Below are positions 19,041-28,717 of a DNA stretch of 64,000 bases, piece by piece. The stretch's first letter is position 1. Each line of letters starts with the position of its first letter. A program made the translations under genes and the position numbers. Below the pieces are notes generated by a model. That model was not told the origin of the DNA. It saw nothing but the letters and a program-made list of their open reading frames with translations, and did not search any database. Origin of the DNA: a virus; IMG/VR virus record IMGVR_UViG_3300006925_000007, positions 48,242-112,241 of that record. One strand, written 5' to 3'.

Positions 19041-19924
19041 TACGCAGATTTACCTTTTTTCTCAGCGCCATGGCCTTTAGTCTCCGGTGATAGTTTAGCA
19101 CCATCTCCTGGATGAGCTACGCCCATATCTTTTGCTGATTTGTCTGATAAACCTTTGTCAGATCCTTTGCTGTCTTTTGTCATGTCAACTGCTTTGCCGC
19201 CCATGTCATTTTTACCTGCAACTGGTGATGCTTTACCATCATCGCCTGCTGGCATGTCTACTGGGTGCATTGCGCCGTCTTTACCGACTTTCTTTAGATC
19301 AGCTGCTTCTTCAAGTTCTTCTGCATCATCGTCTGATTCTGCTTCTTCAGTAACTTCGTCCGCTTCTTCTTCTTTTGCCTCTACAAACGCTTCTTCCATT
19401 TCTGGTTCCATGTCCATTTCTGGTTCCATGTCCATTTCTGGTTCCATGTCGCCTTCAACTTCGTCGTCGCCCATAATTTTGGCAAATTCTGCTTTAAGAT
19501 CAGATAGTGCGTCTTCCACACTAACTAATTTGTCTTCGATGTCACCATGCTCTTCGTCATGTGCGTCTATATCGCCGTCCATGTCTATGTCTGCTGGTGT
19601 TTCTTCATCTCCGCCTAACTCTTCTGCTGCTTCCAAGTCGTCCATTTCTGGCTCCTCATCTTCACCAAAAGCCTCTTCGGCCTCAATTTCTGCTTCATCT
19701 GATTCGATGTCATCTAGGAAATCATCAGCTTCTTCATTGCCGATAGCTTCTTCAATTTCTTCTTCTGCTACGCCATCTTCAACGATTTCATCTGCTTCGA
19801 CGATATCATTCCAGATTTCACGTGCTTTTTCAACGAAAGCCTCATGTAATAGATCTGAAGCTGATGCTTCGTCTCCGTTCACTAAGCTCTCGATTATCTT
19901 TGTATAACGATCTCGAGTACTCAT
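19040..19924 (-). CDS. Highly acidic prohead core/internal scaffold-like protein
   Basis: ORF track gives 19040-19960; ATG at 19924 (MSTRDR) follows AAGGAG. Extremely D/E-rich, in the position of T4 gp67/68. Confidence 0.65.
   Translation of the reverse strand: MSTRDRYTKIIESLVNGDEASASDLLHEAFVEKAREIWNDIVEADEIVEDGVAEEEIEEAIGNEEADDFLDDIESDEAEIEAEEAFGEDEEPEMDDLEAAEELGGDEETPADIDMDGDIDAHDEEHGDIEDKLVSVEDALSDLKAEFAKIMGDDEVEGDMEPEMDMEPEMDMEPEMEEAFVEAKEEEADEVTEEAESDDDAEELEEAADLKKVGKDGAMHPVDMPAGDDGKASPVAGKNDMGGKAVDMTKDSKGSDKGLSDKSAKDMGVAHPGDGAKLSPETKGHGAEKKGKSA
19395..19450. repeat. 18-bp tandem repeat x3 (MEPEMD)
   Basis: tccatttctggttccatg at 19395, 19413 and 19431. Confidence 0.9.
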
Positions 19925-20002
19925 TGTTTTGTTCTCCTTTAACAAGTCAGGTTGTAACATATATATTTAAGAAGTCTTGGTGTAGACCAACATATAATAC
20001 AT

Positions 20003-20027
20003 AAAAAACCGCACTTTTGATGCGGCC
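20003..20027 (-). terminator. Intrinsic terminator
   Basis: GGCCGCAT-caaaa-GTGCGGTT followed by a T-tract on minus, after the stop at 20054. Confidence 0.75.
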
Positions 20028-20053
20028 CGTATTATATTTACCATTTTAGGCGA

Positions 20054-20254
20054 TTATTCGCCGTCGTTACCTGCAGATCCGTAGATATCTTTATAACTTT
20101 CTACACGTTCTGCATGTTCTGCCTTTGCAAGCTCTTTCATGTTACGTAGCTTATGCAAATGACGTAATGTTAACTTAGGACGTCTAGTATCATCTAGATC
20201 CCATTTGTTATAGTTATCATCTTCGGCGTTTTGCGCCATGTCACTAAATCTCAT
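20054..20254 (-). CDS. Small hypothetical head-module protein
   Basis: 66 aa (DTRRPKLTLRHLHKLR); overlaps the portal stop. Confidence 0.6.
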   Translation of the reverse strand: MRFSDMAQNAEDDNYNKWDLDDTRRPKLTLRHLHKLRNMKELAKAEHAERVESYKDIYGSAGNDGE

Positions 20255-21908
20255 CTGTATCTCCTTCTAATCCTGCATCATTTCCTAGTGGAGATGTGTC
20301 AGCACCGGCATCAAAGTCGCCTTCTCCTTCTTCGTTTTCGGCGTCTACATCTGTTGGTTCAAATGTGTCTAGGTCTGTGTTTCTAATACCCATACCACCT
20401 AAATCTGTCTGTGAATCATTAGTAAACGAGTTTTGAGAATTTTCTTCTTTCCACATACGCTCGTTATTAATAAGTTCATCTTCAGTTAATCCAAGATACT
20501 TACTTAATATAAATCTCTTAGACATGTATGGTGTTGCTTCAACTTGTGAGAATAGACTTGCACGTGCTGTGTCAAGTTCTAGCTCTCTGTATTGACTAAA
20601 GCTCTGTGGTTCAATAAAGTTTAATTCAAATAAACTACTCGAAACTTCAATACCTCTGTTCTTTAAGAACATTTTAAACTCTTTGTCCAATGGTGGAAGT
20701 ATTGTGTCTTGTAATCTTTCACAGTATTTGCTGAACCTAAATTCTTGTATCATTGCTGTGCCAACTCGTCCGTCAGTATATGATGCTGATCCGTCCTCAG
20801 CTCCTGTTGGTAAGTAACTACTTGGTATACGTAGTCCACGCATTAGTTTGTTATTGAAATATTTTAGGTCATCAATTTCGCCTAGGTTTTCACCACCTGG
20901 TAAAACTTCAACTTTAGATCCACGTCCTTCTGCCGTTTGGGCAAAAAAGTAATCTTCCATGATTGACAGCGGGTTATACGCTGCATCCATAACCTTTGTT
21001 CCACCACCACTCATATTTGGAATACGTGTTTGGTGAACTTCGTTCTTTGTTCGCTCAACAAAACTCATAGCTTTATGCGGTGGTAAGTTACCAACGTCTA
21101 CATAAAATACTCTACGTTCTGGAGCTCTTTGAACACGATAGATAATAATACTATCTTCTAATAATTCTTTTTGTTTGTATACTTTAAATACACTATCAAG
21201 GATACTGTTACCAAATGGCCATGCATTTGTTAATCCATCACTTAATGCGATATGTAATACGTTTGCTGAATCAACAGCATACTCGGTTGTTCCGCCACCC
21301 GGTGCACCTGTTTGTATAACGCCTGCGTTGGATTTGTTGCTTGTTAATACTGTAGAACTTTGTGATACATCAGATGTTTGTTTTGTATCTACTACAACCA
21401 TATCATGTAAGTTAAGACTGATATTTTTAATTAGATACTGCTCAATGTCTTTGCCTGTGCTTTCGTTAATAATAGCCTTGGAAACATCTTGCACATTAAC
21501 CCAAAATAATTTATAGTTTTCTGGATCTCTAATAAAAAACTGATCGCCATATTTAATAGTTGCTCTGAATAATCCATGTATTCTTCTATCAAAGTCATTT
21601 ATGTTGACCCATTGTCTAAGTGCTGTTTCTAATGCATTTACTTCAGATTCTGTTGCTTCTTCTTTATAATGAACTTTAAATGGTAACTTTGTATCTGGGT
21701 CTGATTGTGTGGCAAATTCAGCAATAGTATCTAGGGCTGAGTTAATTTCACTGTCTTGATCCATAATATCGTATTGAGTATAACGTTCAACACGATTTGG
21801 TTGTCCGCTATATACTTCAGGAAGCCAACTGGCCCATCTGTTTGTTTTTTGTCCAAATGATCCACTACCTGATGGATCGTATTTTGTAAAGTGTTTTTTC
21901 CAGCTCAT
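20244..21908 (-). CDS. gp20: Portal vertex protein (gp20-like)
   Basis: LLEDSIIIYRVQRAPERRVFYVDVGNLP, EDYFF...GRGSKVEVLPGGENLGEIDDLKYF, LRIPSSYL motifs. Confidence 0.95.
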   Translation of the reverse strand: MSWKKHFTKYDPSGSGSFGQKTNRWASWLPEVYSGQPNRVERYTQYDIMDQDSEINSALDTIAEFATQSDPDTKLPFKVHYKEEATESEVNALETALRQWVNINDFDRRIHGLFRATIKYGDQFFIRDPENYKLFWVNVQDVSKAIINESTGKDIEQYLIKNISLNLHDMVVVDTKQTSDVSQSSTVLTSNKSNAGVIQTGAPGGGTTEYAVDSANVLHIALSDGLTNAWPFGNSILDSVFKVYKQKELLEDSIIIYRVQRAPERRVFYVDVGNLPPHKAMSFVERTKNEVHQTRIPNMSGGGTKVMDAAYNPLSIMEDYFFAQTAEGRGSKVEVLPGGENLGEIDDLKYFNNKLMRGLRIPSSYLPTGAEDGSASYTDGRVGTAMIQEFRFSKYCERLQDTILPPLDKEFKMFLKNRGIEVSSSLFELNFIEPQSFSQYRELELDTARASLFSQVEATPYMSKRFILSKYLGLTEDELINNERMWKEENSQNSFTNDSQTDLGGMGIRNTDLDTFEPTDVDAENEEGEGDFDAGADTSPLGNDAGLEGDTDEI

Positions 21909-21934
21909 ATGTTAGGTTACCTTTATTATAAGTG

Positions 21935-21942
21935 TATTTATC
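21935..21942 (-). promoter_or_regulatory. Late promoter GATAAATA
   Basis: Upstream of the portal ATG, overlapping the previous stop. Confidence 0.7.
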
Positions 21943-24652
21943 TCGAGTTCATCATATCGATGTCAATATCTAAATTATATTTTTTATTGAGTCTCTTAAC
22001 TATTGTTCTAAGTTGAACTAATGCCTCAATGGTATGTCTTTTACTATTGATAATTTCTGTTAATTCTTGACTATTGTTTATTTTACGCGATATATTTGGA
22101 TTTGTCAAGTTATTTTGTATCATTTCTAATATCTTGCTTCGAACTGGTGAATTGCCAGGCATCATTTCCATTGATTTTGCTATTTCTGGCATTAGTGCTT
22201 GCATTATTTCTATATTACTAGAAATTGTTCTGTCTGGTGACTTGCCATGTATCGTTTCCTGATTCATGCTCTTTGTTTCTTTATTACTAAGAATTGTTCC
22301 GTCTGTGTTTGGAACAAATAGCTCTGCTGTGTTTAGTCCTAACTGATCTCCAACAATGTAAGGATTTCCTGCGTCAACTGGTCCACCATGTTTTCTTGTT
22401 TCTGCAGGTTGGATTGTTAAATGTCCACCAGTGTCACCTGATTTAAAATTATTAATAGTTTGACTTTTAGCTTCTTGTGGGACTATTTGTCCGGTTCCTG
22501 CGCCTGTGTCGTTTATTAAGTTATTATTATTAAGTATAGATGCTAATTCTTTAGAATACATTCCGGTATCATCATTAGTTACAATCTGATCACCCTGTAG
22601 TATAAGAATACTAGCACCCATTGAGTTATTAGCCCATGTATCTTTATCTCCTGTTTGCTTTAACGTGCTACCAGTTGTTACTGTCATCTTTGTGTCTGTG
22701 TCTTTATACTTTTCATCAAACTCCTTCATTGCATTTAACATACGTCTACGCATTTCTGGTGCAAGTGAATTTAACTGCATTAATGAATTTTCAACATTTT
22801 CAATTTGTGTTAGTCCTTCAATATCTTCTTCTGTAATGTATCCGACCGATCTATTGGCTTTTTTTGCTTCTTTAACTTTTGCAGTATCGCCTTCCTCATC
22901 TGCAGCTGATTCATATTGAGGACGATATGCTACGCCACCTGTTACTGCAATTGTGGCATCTTGCATGTCAACGCCAATTTTCCCACCAAAGTTGTTTGTC
23001 TCTTGTTCACTTTCAGATAGAGCCGCAAGTGATGTCATTTTATTACTTGTTTTACCAAACAAATCATATACACCATTAAATATAGTAGCCACTGTTTCCA
23101 TGTCCATAGTAAGTGTTTCTTGCACTTCCAAGAAACGCCTAGTCATGTTATTCATTTCCATTGTAACTTTACCTGCTTCCTTTAAATTTTTCTTCATATT
23201 TGCTTTTTCTTTTGCAAATTCTTCTGGGTTTCCTAAATTACCAAATTTACGTTTTAATACAATTGCATTTGCTGCCAATCGTTGTGTTTGTCCAGATATA
23301 GTATCTGCTGCCGCATTAAATGTTGAAAACCTTGTTGTATCTGCAGTGTTAAGAGCATTAAATATAAAGTCACGAACATCATCATTTGATGCTTCACCTG
23401 TTTGCATCATTGCTTCTATACCTTCAACGAAATTAGGATAAACATTTGCCAGTGCGGCCTCAGAACCTTTCATCATTTCCTGCATTCTGCCGCTTAGATC
23501 AAAACTAGTAAAATCACCAGTTTTTGATTTTTCAAATGCTTCTTGTTGGAATGCATCCAATAATACTTGCATATGCTCATCGTCTGGTGCTAATAATCCT
23601 ACATTCTTAGTTATAGCTTTAAGAGTATCTGCCTTATTTGATAAGCCTAGATCTTCCAATGACATTGCTGCCGCTTCGCCAAATTCATCAAAGGCGCCAA
23701 GTTGCCTACGCATTGCTTCGTTTCTAGTTAATGATGTTAAACTGGCAACTGTGCCTGCTTCTATTTGTAAGTCAATAAATGACCTATTAACATCTTCAGC
23801 ACTATTATTCAAATCTGAATTTATCATTCCTGTTCTACGTGCATAATGTATAAACTCACCGTATTGTGATTGCATGTCTTTACTAGACAATCCCAAGTCT
23901 CCAAAGTTTCCTGCTGTCTCATCTAACGCTTGATAGAATCTTGTAAATTGTAGAACACCTTCGCTCATTGTTCCGCCTAGTCCTAACATACCTTCGCCAA
24001 AGTTATGAACATTGTCAATTAATGATGTGTATGATACACCTGTTGATAATGTGTTTTTTCGTAATTCGTCAAATGCAGCTGCGCCGCCGTTATATACAAC
24101 ACCTGCATCAATTATTTTTGACTGAGCTCCTGCAAACTGTTCTATCTTAGCTGCATTCCAACCTGCATATGCTAACATGGCATCAACTGCTATATTACCT
24201 GCTGTTCCTAGTGCGTTTGACCATAAACTACCTGATTTCATAAGACCGTCAAACAGTTTTAATCCACCCGATGAATCTTTTGCTCCTTTGACTAGAGAGC
24301 CGCCTGCACTTACAATTGCACTAAGTGGTTTTTCTGTATTACCAAAGAAAGTAGCAGTTTTCATTAGACCTTCTGAATTTTTAACTAATAAGGTGGAGAA
24401 TCTTTCAGATTTCTTTTCTTGTTGTTGATCTTGCACATTATCTTTTTGTGTTGCTGTTAGCAATCCGGAAATTTCTTTTTGAAGATCATTTACATTACCG
24501 CCTACCTTAGACATCATCTTATTAAGATCTTTAGATGTTTTATTTTCTGCAGACATATACGAAACAACTCTATTCATTGTTTCTTCGCTTGCCCACTGTG
24601 GCACTTGAACTTCCATTCCACCCAAGTTTAATGTTACCATTCTGTCTGCCAT
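21938..24652 (-). CDS. Tape-measure-like tail protein B
   Basis: 904 aa, helical. C-terminal RKHGGPVDAGNPYIVGD...ELFVPNTDGTILSN resembles tape-measure C-terminal motifs; N-terminus paralogous to the next gene. Confidence 0.6.
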   Translation of the reverse strand: MADRMVTLNLGGMEVQVPQWASEETMNRVVSYMSAENKTSKDLNKMMSKVGGNVNDLQKEISGLLTATQKDNVQDQQQEKKSERFSTLLVKNSEGLMKTATFFGNTEKPLSAIVSAGGSLVKGAKDSSGGLKLFDGLMKSGSLWSNALGTAGNIAVDAMLAYAGWNAAKIEQFAGAQSKIIDAGVVYNGGAAAFDELRKNTLSTGVSYTSLIDNVHNFGEGMLGLGGTMSEGVLQFTRFYQALDETAGNFGDLGLSSKDMQSQYGEFIHYARRTGMINSDLNNSAEDVNRSFIDLQIEAGTVASLTSLTRNEAMRRQLGAFDEFGEAAAMSLEDLGLSNKADTLKAITKNVGLLAPDDEHMQVLLDAFQQEAFEKSKTGDFTSFDLSGRMQEMMKGSEAALANVYPNFVEGIEAMMQTGEASNDDVRDFIFNALNTADTTRFSTFNAAADTISGQTQRLAANAIVLKRKFGNLGNPEEFAKEKANMKKNLKEAGKVTMEMNNMTRRFLEVQETLTMDMETVATIFNGVYDLFGKTSNKMTSLAALSESEQETNNFGGKIGVDMQDATIAVTGGVAYRPQYESAADEEGDTAKVKEAKKANRSVGYITEEDIEGLTQIENVENSLMQLNSLAPEMRRRMLNAMKEFDEKYKDTDTKMTVTTGSTLKQTGDKDTWANNSMGASILILQGDQIVTNDDTGMYSKELASILNNNNLINDTGAGTGQIVPQEAKSQTINNFKSGDTGGHLTIQPAETRKHGGPVDAGNPYIVGDQLGLNTAELFVPNTDGTILSNKETKSMNQETIHGKSPDRTISSNIEIMQALMPEIAKSMEMMPGNSPVRSKILEMIQNNLTNPNISRKINNSQELTEIINSKRHTIEALVQLRTIVKRLNKKYNLDIDIDMMNSR

Positions 24653-24653
24653 T

Positions 24654-27575
24654 TTATTGTTCTCCGCTCATTTCTATTTTTAACTTTCGCATTTCATCTG
24701 CCAGTTGTGCTTCTAGTGTTGCCAATTCAGTTTCTTGGCCTTCTGTTAAAGGAATGTCGCCTTCTACTATTTTTAGTATATCTATAATTTGCGTTTGTAA
24801 TGCTTGTATTTCTGGTGTTACTTGTTTTGCTTCAGTTATCTGCCCTGTATTCATTGCATTTAAAAATTGATTTGCATAATCTGTTCTCTGGTTTAAATCA
24901 GCAGTGCGTCCAGAACTTGTTGCTGTTTTTCCATACACAACTCTATACACGGTATCCATATTTCCTAAATCTGACTTGTATTCTTGCCACCAAGGCAAAT
25001 TAAAATAGGCAGCACTTGCTGCCGCTGAAATATTTGGGTCTAACATCAAGTCTGGATTACCTACTAAATCTTGACCAATCATTTCTCCAACAAGTTTATA
25101 ATTTTCTTTACCTGTTAATTGTATAAAGCCTCGTCCTCTATACTTATAACCTTCACCTTCGTTGCCCATGTCACCACCATATACATAATCAAAAAATGCC
25201 TTAGGATCTTTTTTCAATTTGTCTAGTTGATCATCATTTAAACCTTTAACACGATTGCCCAGTGCTGCTCTAATTCTAATATTAGATGTTTTTGCATATG
25301 ATTGTTCTTCTATCACTCTAAATGCTGATTCGCCTTGTATCATTCCTAATATATTTGCTTGTGCGACAGGGTCAGTAATTCCTTGTTCTTTTAATTGTGC
25401 TATAACTATACCTTGTAAGGAAGACCCTTGCTCATACTCGGATAGTCTATTTCTTCTTATTTTTCCCTTGTCTCCAATATATGATCCCAATTGGTCTTGA
25501 TACGATGCTAAATGCCCAATTCTTTCTTTAAGCATATCTCGTTGATCTATTAATGGTTGTGCAATAGCTTCGGCCTCTGTAAGTTTTTTCTGTGCGTTAA
25601 CTAACTCTAACTGAAGCCCAGAAATATCTTCACCTTTAGTTGATGCTGTTTTAATCTTAGCTTCAATATTGGCTACTTCGTCAACAAGTGTTTTATATCC
25701 TGTTTTCTTTATATCGCTACTTACAATATACATTTCATCTTGTGTAGTTTTTATAAGTGTTCTAATACTGATCATTTCTTTATATGCAGCTTCTTTATTC
25801 GCTTTGTCTACAATGGCGTTACTTTCATCATCATACCCCGGAACTGTGTTTGTTTTAATCGGTGCTGATCCGCCAACAGAATAATTATGATCTATATAGA
25901 ACCGCTCGCCTGGACCAATATGTTTTTTGTCTTTTTCCAATGCTAGTTCCATACTAGTTTCTGCCGTGCGATCTAATCCAAATATATCTCTCCAGAAGTC
26001 AGCAAATGTTCCTACTGAACTTTCCAACACTCCCATCACTGTTCCCATTGTTTCAAATCCTGGAGTAAAGGTATGTTGAGCTTTTAAGAATGCTTTACTT
26101 AGTCCACCAAGAATTTCAATTGAATCGTCTGCTCCATCAATTGCCTCGCTTGCTGATTCCATCTTTGCTCTCATTTCTGCTTCGGTGCCTGAGAAATATT
26201 CTTCTGGCAATAGATTCATGCTTGCTATTAATCTATTGACTTCGATACTTGTGGGATCTATACCTGATAGAGTAGGAGAGTTTTTTATAAGTAATAGTAT
26301 TTCTCTAAATTTTGCAGCATTTTCTTCTGGTCCATTAATTTTTCCTTGTGCACCAGTAGATAAAAAGTCCATCATGCCTTCAAAGACTCCTGGATCAAGT
26401 CGTTGTAGCATTGCTGCAAGTTGTTCATTTTGTATATTATTAATCGCTGAAGTATCATACTGAATGTCTGAAACTGTGCCAGTGAATGTATCTGTTAACA
26501 TTTTTGTAATCGTTTCGCCTAGTGTTGCATTGCCTAGCATAGCAAGCCAGTCTGCTGATTCTTGAACCTTCTTTGCTGCTCCCTCACCATATGTTTTATT
26601 TAAATATGCAGAATTTTGATGCATCGCTAATTGAAAGTCTGCATCTTCTCTTAGCATTTTTCTTGATTCTAATAAAGCACTACGTTGCACACCCAATGTA
26701 TCAGCTAGATATATTCCCATAGAGTTTGCTGCTTCAAAACTGTCTATAACTCGTGTTTGATCAGCGTCATTAAGTTCATTAATTTGATTAAGTTTATACA
26801 ACTGTTCTGATTCTTCTGCTAGTAAGCCTGATAACACTTTTGGACTATATCCAAAATTTTTAACTCTTTTTATTTTCTTATCATCGGTTAAAAAATTACT
26901 CATCAATCCTTGTCCTGATACTAAATTGTTCTGTCCTATATTAACTAAAAATTCTGATGTATTCTGAACCATTGCTGCATAATCTGTTAATGACATACCG
27001 GCTGCAACAGCATTACCACGCATGTGTGTATAATCTGATGTATTACCTAATACCATTCCCATATCAATCATTGTTCGTAGATCTTTTTCTTGCGTTGTTA
27101 TTATTTTGGCAAAGGCTGCGCCGACACCTGTTAATGCAACTGCACCGCCTGTTGCCCAAGAAAATCCACTTGCTACTTTACCTATTTTACCACCTGCTGA
27201 TGCTAAAGAGCTTGCTGCATGATCCATTGCTTCAGCACCTGCACCAGCAAGTTCGATCATTGATTCGAGTCCAGATTGTGAACTGCCGGATAATGATGCT
27301 CTGCCCAGCCTTCGTATGTTTTTGTCTGCCTGTTGCAACTTCTCCCTGCCGTCTATTACCGACTGATCAAGCTGGTTTGCTGTTTCTTTAATATTATTAA
27401 GCAATGCTTTAGCATCAGAAGCCGAGTTCAATCTAACAATAGCAGTAGCCAAAGCCGTAGTTTTTATACTGTTTGACCTTGTTAAACCGGCTAACTGTTC
27501 TGCGGTTTCTTCACCTGCCCACGGATATTGTGAGTAGACTGCTTTCATTGTATATTGTAATTCGTTCTGATCCAT
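24654..27575 (-). CDS. Tape-measure-like tail protein A with GH19-type (chitinase/lysozyme-fold) peptidoglycan hydrolase domain
   Basis: 973 aa, helical. ANILGMIQGES and GYKYRGRGFIQLTGKENY...DLVGNPDL motifs of phage GH19 enzymes. Confidence 0.75.
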   Translation of the reverse strand: MDQNELQYTMKAVYSQYPWAGEETAEQLAGLTRSNSIKTTALATAIVRLNSASDAKALLNNIKETANQLDQSVIDGREKLQQADKNIRRLGRASLSGSSQSGLESMIELAGAGAEAMDHAASSLASAGGKIGKVASGFSWATGGAVALTGVGAAFAKIITTQEKDLRTMIDMGMVLGNTSDYTHMRGNAVAAGMSLTDYAAMVQNTSEFLVNIGQNNLVSGQGLMSNFLTDDKKIKRVKNFGYSPKVLSGLLAEESEQLYKLNQINELNDADQTRVIDSFEAANSMGIYLADTLGVQRSALLESRKMLREDADFQLAMHQNSAYLNKTYGEGAAKKVQESADWLAMLGNATLGETITKMLTDTFTGTVSDIQYDTSAINNIQNEQLAAMLQRLDPGVFEGMMDFLSTGAQGKINGPEENAAKFREILLLIKNSPTLSGIDPTSIEVNRLIASMNLLPEEYFSGTEAEMRAKMESASEAIDGADDSIEILGGLSKAFLKAQHTFTPGFETMGTVMGVLESSVGTFADFWRDIFGLDRTAETSMELALEKDKKHIGPGERFYIDHNYSVGGSAPIKTNTVPGYDDESNAIVDKANKEAAYKEMISIRTLIKTTQDEMYIVSSDIKKTGYKTLVDEVANIEAKIKTASTKGEDISGLQLELVNAQKKLTEAEAIAQPLIDQRDMLKERIGHLASYQDQLGSYIGDKGKIRRNRLSEYEQGSSLQGIVIAQLKEQGITDPVAQANILGMIQGESAFRVIEEQSYAKTSNIRIRAALGNRVKGLNDDQLDKLKKDPKAFFDYVYGGDMGNEGEGYKYRGRGFIQLTGKENYKLVGEMIGQDLVGNPDLMLDPNISAAASAAYFNLPWWQEYKSDLGNMDTVYRVVYGKTATSSGRTADLNQRTDYANQFLNAMNTGQITEAKQVTPEIQALQTQIIDILKIVEGDIPLTEGQETELATLEAQLADEMRKLKIEMSGEQ

Positions 27576-27607
27576 TGGTTTCCTTTAATTAACTGGTATT
27601 TTAATTA

Positions 27608-27640
27608 GATAAATACATTTATACTGTAACAGTATTTATG
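27608..27640. promoter_or_regulatory. Face-to-face pair of late promoters (GATAAATA on +, 27608-27615; CATAAATA on -, 27633-27640)
   Basis: Both motifs lie in the 75-bp gap between divergent genes. Confidence 0.7.
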
Positions 27641-27650
27641 GAGATTAAAT

Positions 27651-28481
27651 ATGACAAACCCATTAATACAGGCTTATAGAAAGCCTGTTTTGTATGTATC
27701 GCTCCCAAGTGGTGGGAAATTTTACGATACAAAGCCAAAACTTAGTGTAGACGGTGAATTAGCCATTTATAGCATGACTGCTAGAGATGAGTTAGTTTCA
27801 AAAACACCAGATGCATTATTTAATGGCGAAGCTACGTTCAGCTTAATTCAAAGCTGTGCGCCTGATATTGGCAATCCAACTGAAATGCCAGTGAACGACC
27901 TTGTTGTTATTTTAATTGCAATACGTATGGCAACTTACGGAGATGCAATTGATGTGGATGTAAAATGTCCAGAATGCGACAATATGAACCAATTGACTGT
28001 GAGCACAAATGCTCTATTAGGTTCAGTTAAAGAAAATGTTGCATTAGATAAGGTTACACTCGATAACAAGTTTGTAATTAAGGTCAAACCTTATAACTTG
28101 CACGATAGAACTAAGTTACAAATACAACGACTTAAACAACAGAAATTAATTCAAAACTTAGCCGATGCAGAACTAAGTGATGAACAACGTCAAAAACAAT
28201 TTGGCGAAACGTTTTTAGAAATTGCAGATTTAACTGTAACTCTTATTGCAAATGCAATTATACAGGTTAAGCCACCAGAAGGCGATACAGTCGAAGATGA
28301 ACATCTTATACTTGAATGGCTGAAAAGTATAACCAAAGAAGATTATGATAAGATCAGAGAAACAGTTGAAGAATTAAGTGAAAGTGGTGTTGATACTAAG
28401 TTTGATGCTGAGTGTATTGAATGTAAACATACATGGAACACTAACATAGATTTGGATATTGCAAATTTTTTCGCGGGTTGA
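27651..28481 (+). CDS. gp26: Baseplate hub/tail assembly protein (gp26-like)
   Basis: LYVSLPSGG, MTARDE, ILIAIRMATYG, CPEC and CIEC pairs, C-terminal NFF. Confidence 0.75.
   Translation: MTNPLIQAYRKPVLYVSLPSGGKFYDTKPKLSVDGELAIYSMTARDELVSKTPDALFNGEATFSLIQSCAPDIGNPTEMPVNDLVVILIAIRMATYGDAIDVDVKCPECDNMNQLTVSTNALLGSVKENVALDKVTLDNKFVIKVKPYNLHDRTKLQIQRLKQQKLIQNLADAELSDEQRQKQFGETFLEIADLTVTLIANAIIQVKPPEGDTVEDEHLILEWLKSITKEDYDKIRETVEELSESGVDTKFDAECIECKHTWNTNIDLDIANFFAG
28466..28472 (+). promoter_or_regulatory. Putative -1 ribosomal frameshift slippery heptamer T TTT TTC
   Basis: In-phase X XXY YYZ (AAT TTT TTC GCG GGT TGA); the -1 frame reads CGC GGG TTG ATA GCA, continuous with ORF 28478-28717. Confidence 0.6.
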
Positions 28482-28717
28482 TAGCATCCCGACAACCCGA
28501 AGAAATAACTAAGTTAGTCGAAGACTACAATAAAGACTTAGAGAAAACAGAAGCCAGCTATTTAGATATAATTATCAAATCGGGAGGACTGTTATCATAT
28601 AAAGATGTTATGACGATGCCAGTTGGCTCGTTAACAAAATTTGTTGAAAGGTATAATGCTCACACCGAAGAGCAAAACCAACAAATGAAAGCTGCTCAAT
28701 CCAAGGGCAGAAGATAG
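28478..28717 (+). CDS. gp51: gp51-like baseplate hub assembly protein (probably the frameshift extension of the upstream gene)
   Basis: LSYKDVMTMP resembles the short gp51-like ORFs that follow gp26; TTG start without a clear Shine-Dalgarno. Confidence 0.55.
   Translation: MIASRQPEEITKLVEDYNKDLEKTEASYLDIIIKSGGLLSYKDVMTMPVGSLTKFVERYNAHTEEQNQQMKAAQSKGRR

Noticed and set aside
19132-19907. 255-aa Ser-rich plus-strand ORF and neighbours
   Set aside because: Antisense mirror of GAA/GAT codons in the acidic core gene.
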